From contig NC_087437.1 of assembly GCF_036321535.1 (NCBI RefSeq), forward strand, positions 115,384,001-115,448,000: DNA of 64,000 nucleotides, given 5' to 3'. This document shows positions 61,091 through 64,000 of the stretch, one piece after another. The number at the start of each line of letters is the position of its first letter. Positions within the stretch are counted from its first letter, which is position 1. The position numbers were made by a program, and so were the translations under genes. This DNA comes from Camelus dromedarius. Its lineage: Eukaryota. Under the pieces are notes generated by a model. It ran no database searches, had not been told where the DNA came from, and saw only the letters and a program-made list of their open reading frames with translations.

Positions 61091-63894
61091 ATCGTGATCT
61101 TTCCCAATGACTAAGGAGTGGCCCAGGAGGAATGAGTTATGGCAGTCAGAGGGGTCAGGAGGGTCAAACTTGAGCAGGGCACCAAAAGGAGGGGCAAGAT
61201 TAGATCTTTTTCGACCGTCAGTAAACCCAACACAGAAAGGCGTGAGGAAGAAGACACGTGCCAGGGGCCTTAAGGCAGGCTCCTAGAAAGGACATTTTCA
61301 CTCTGCAGAAGGATGTCTAGCATCTCTCTAATCTAATTCCGATATACAATTTCAGCAGACACGTTGGTACTTCTGTATTTTGTGTTACAGTGTAAGATCT
61401 TGCTAGTGCGGCCACAAGAGTAGAACAAACATAATAAAACTTGCCTGTGATTTAAACAACTTTTAAAAGAAAAAGGAGTTGCACAAAGGAGGACTAAGAA
61501 AGACTGACAGCTTCTCACACGTTCTGTCGAACAATACTGAGGAGAAATGGACGCAACACGGCTACGAACAATCGGAACCAATGTCATCAAGCCATCCATC
61601 TGAGAAGTAAAAAGGAAACCCGCGTCTGCAAGGTGGCAATTTACTACTGGCTACATTTTAAATCCTTTATTCTGTCTTATGACTTTTTAATTTTTACATT
61701 CTGTTATTACAACGCAACTCAAATGATAAACGCAAATTTTCTCTGCACCTAAATAATTTGAGAAAGATGTTGGGGTTCAACACAACACTTTCTACCCAAA
61801 GCCTCGCACCGGGAACAAGCCATGGCACTGGGTCGGGGGCGCCTGCAGGAGGCCGGCCTGTGAGACCCAGGGGTCGCTGCCTCTCCGGGTGGCTCCGCTG
61901 TCCAACAAGACACCTGTCGAGAAACTGAGGGACGAGTGAACTGATGAATGAAAAAGAGATCAAGAAACCATAGTCCTAGGTTCTCTCAATAAGTATGTCT
62001 CTCAAAAGAAGCGATGACAAATGTGAACGTGAACTGGGAATTAGGTGACACTGGAGAACTTCTGTTCATTTTGACAGGTGGGAAAATGTTAACTGTGATT
62101 ATGTGGAAGGATGTCCTGATTTTTTGGAGACAGTGATTGTATTTTGAGATAAAGTGTCAAGATTCTCTAAGTAACTTTGAAATGATTTAGAAAAAACAAA
62201 TACAGATGAATCAAAGGTGGCAAAGTTCTAATAAATGTTGAATCTAGGTGACAAGTGTCAGGGTGACAAGCTCTGATAGATCTGAGGCTAAGAAGACACC
62301 TTTTCGATTTCAGAAACTTGTGAGATACTTGGGGAGGTGCAGAGTTTCCAAACTGTAGCGTTCTGAGGTTAATCCCCAAAGTGGTAAACTCCAATGGCCA
62401 AAATAAAGGGGGTCGGGGTGATTCTTTAGCTTACTGAAGAATTAACCAGAGGTGAAGTCTCCTTTTGCATTTTAACCAGTGTCCAATTTACACATAGCTG
62501 CAGAGGAACACAAGTTTTGTATGTATATCTGTATGCCTTTATTAGCAATATTTGCAAAAGGATGAGATTCCCAGTTTTATTTTAAATAAATTAATCTTTC
62601 AACAAGAAAAACACTGGAAAAGAAAGTAATAAGCAAGAAGTATGCCCACAGAAAATCTGATGTTATTCTATTCAGTTTCTAATAAACACATGCTTATATC
62701 ATTAAATAAACAGTATCAAAGAACCATTGTGTGGTTAAAGCAGGTTGATGCTGATTCTAGAAAGAGAATAAAAATAATTTTGAAAATGCAACGTTTGAGA
62801 TATTTCCAGTCTTGCTAAAAAGGTTATTTTTCATTTACTTTCTTCCACGGTGAAAAGCTGGTCAGAGGACTCAGGTCTACATACCAACAACCTGTATGTC
62901 TACACAGTGACTTCCTTTGAACTAGACACTTGGCTGTTACTTAAGGGTTGTCCAAAGCCTTTAGTATGCATATTGCCCGAAAAAGGTGCACTGATAACAA
63001 AGGACTAGAAAAGCTTGTCTTTACAGAAAGATATGTATTGCCACAGAGTACATCACACTCCATGTGTTTCTTCTTGACCAGTCTTTTAGGCAATTCATAA
63101 AACTCATGTACAAACCTTTGGCTAAACTCACAAGTGTTTTGACGACTTTTATTGTAAAAGTGCTATATTTTAAGAGGGAAATGGTCTCTACCAAGACCGA
63201 ATTATTGGCTAACAATTAATAAGTCAAAAAATTTCCTAATTTCCGGCCCTCCTGCACGTACGTAAAACAAAATGCTTTTGTCTCATCTAGCAAGGGAACC
63301 ATGGATATCACAGAAGCACCTTTCTTCCCACTGAATAAAGGAAAGGCTCTCTTTCTCTCCCTCTGAGTCATGACTCTGAGCTGTGCCGGGGACAACAGCC
63401 ACTGTGAAAGGCAGCCTGAGCGAGCGGAGGCAGACGGGAGTCGTAAGTCCACTTCCTCCTCACTTACGAGGCTTGTTCAATAAAGAACACAAGCCTATGT
63501 AGAGCAGCAGCCTTTGGATATTAAACAAAGAGATATTTATACGTATGAAACAGACAAGTTAGTGCGGGTGCCAGAGAGAAGTGAGGGCATATCTATTACC
63601 AACAAGAAGAGCGCCCCTTACGGTGTCAGTATGGCCTGAACAGAGCCCCAAGAAACAGAATTTTTAAAAAGGATCTACAGCATGGGTCCTCCAGGATTCC
63701 CATCAAAGATAATGGTCATACGTAAATTAAGTTCCAAAGGGCAAAATGAGAAATCAATTCAGAATATACACAGGGGGGCCCAGCAATAAACCATACTAAA
63801 CTCTTGGGTCCGCCCTTGAACTTTCAGTGAACGGGAGCCCAAGCTGTGGTGCAGGAGAGTCGGGAGGTCAGCTGCACAGGATGAGGAAACTCAC

Positions 63895-64000
63895 CTGAAT
63901 GTTGACAAACACGCCATGATAAGTCTCATACAGAACTTTGTTACCCTTCACGAGCAGAGGAAACTCAAAAGGAATTTCTGTTTTGCCGCTGGGAAATTTC
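63895..64000 (-). CDS. VPS26C: VPS26C (DSCR3) coding exon, truncated by the window end (KFPSGKTEIPFEFPLLVKGNKVLYETYHGVFVNIQ)
   Basis: Minus-strand translation gives the VPS26-family motif LYETYHGVFVNIQ. CAG|gtgagt donor (actcac at 63889-63894). Confidence 0.97.

Noticed and set aside
1..64000. CRISPR arrays, operons or other prokaryotic or viral systems
   Set aside because: The sequence is clearly mammalian with spliced genes. No regularly spaced repeat arrays, long intact ORFs or compositionally foreign inserts were seen.

Overview
Mammalian genomic DNA, most likely camelid, judged from three tRNA-derived SINEs resembling the vic-1 type. It is orthologous to the human chr21q22 Down syndrome region. 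The + strand carries the last 10 coding exons of TTC3 (RING-H2 E3 ligase; 2001-15483, stop at 15481-15483). The - strand carries the last 6 coding exons of VPS26C/DSCR3 (retriever subunit; 64000 down to the stop at 50234-50236, first exon cut off by the window edge). All exon phases join into continuous reading frames. The genes converge across about 30 kb of spacer dominated by nested, decayed LINE-1 copies, plus MaLR LTRs, MER DNA transposons and MIR/L2 relics. Nearly all entries in the ORF track are spurious or L1 debris. I found no convincing new gene system. The points most worth checking are a weak GC-AG intron, competing splice sites and an unusual Cys in the RING of TTC3, an in-frame 3' extension after the TTC3 stop, a small polyadenylated LTR-like retro-insert, an orphan CpG-rich element, and repeated T-box/GATA-like motifs. 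Comparisons with human and mouse proteins and repeat-family names are from memory, not from a search.
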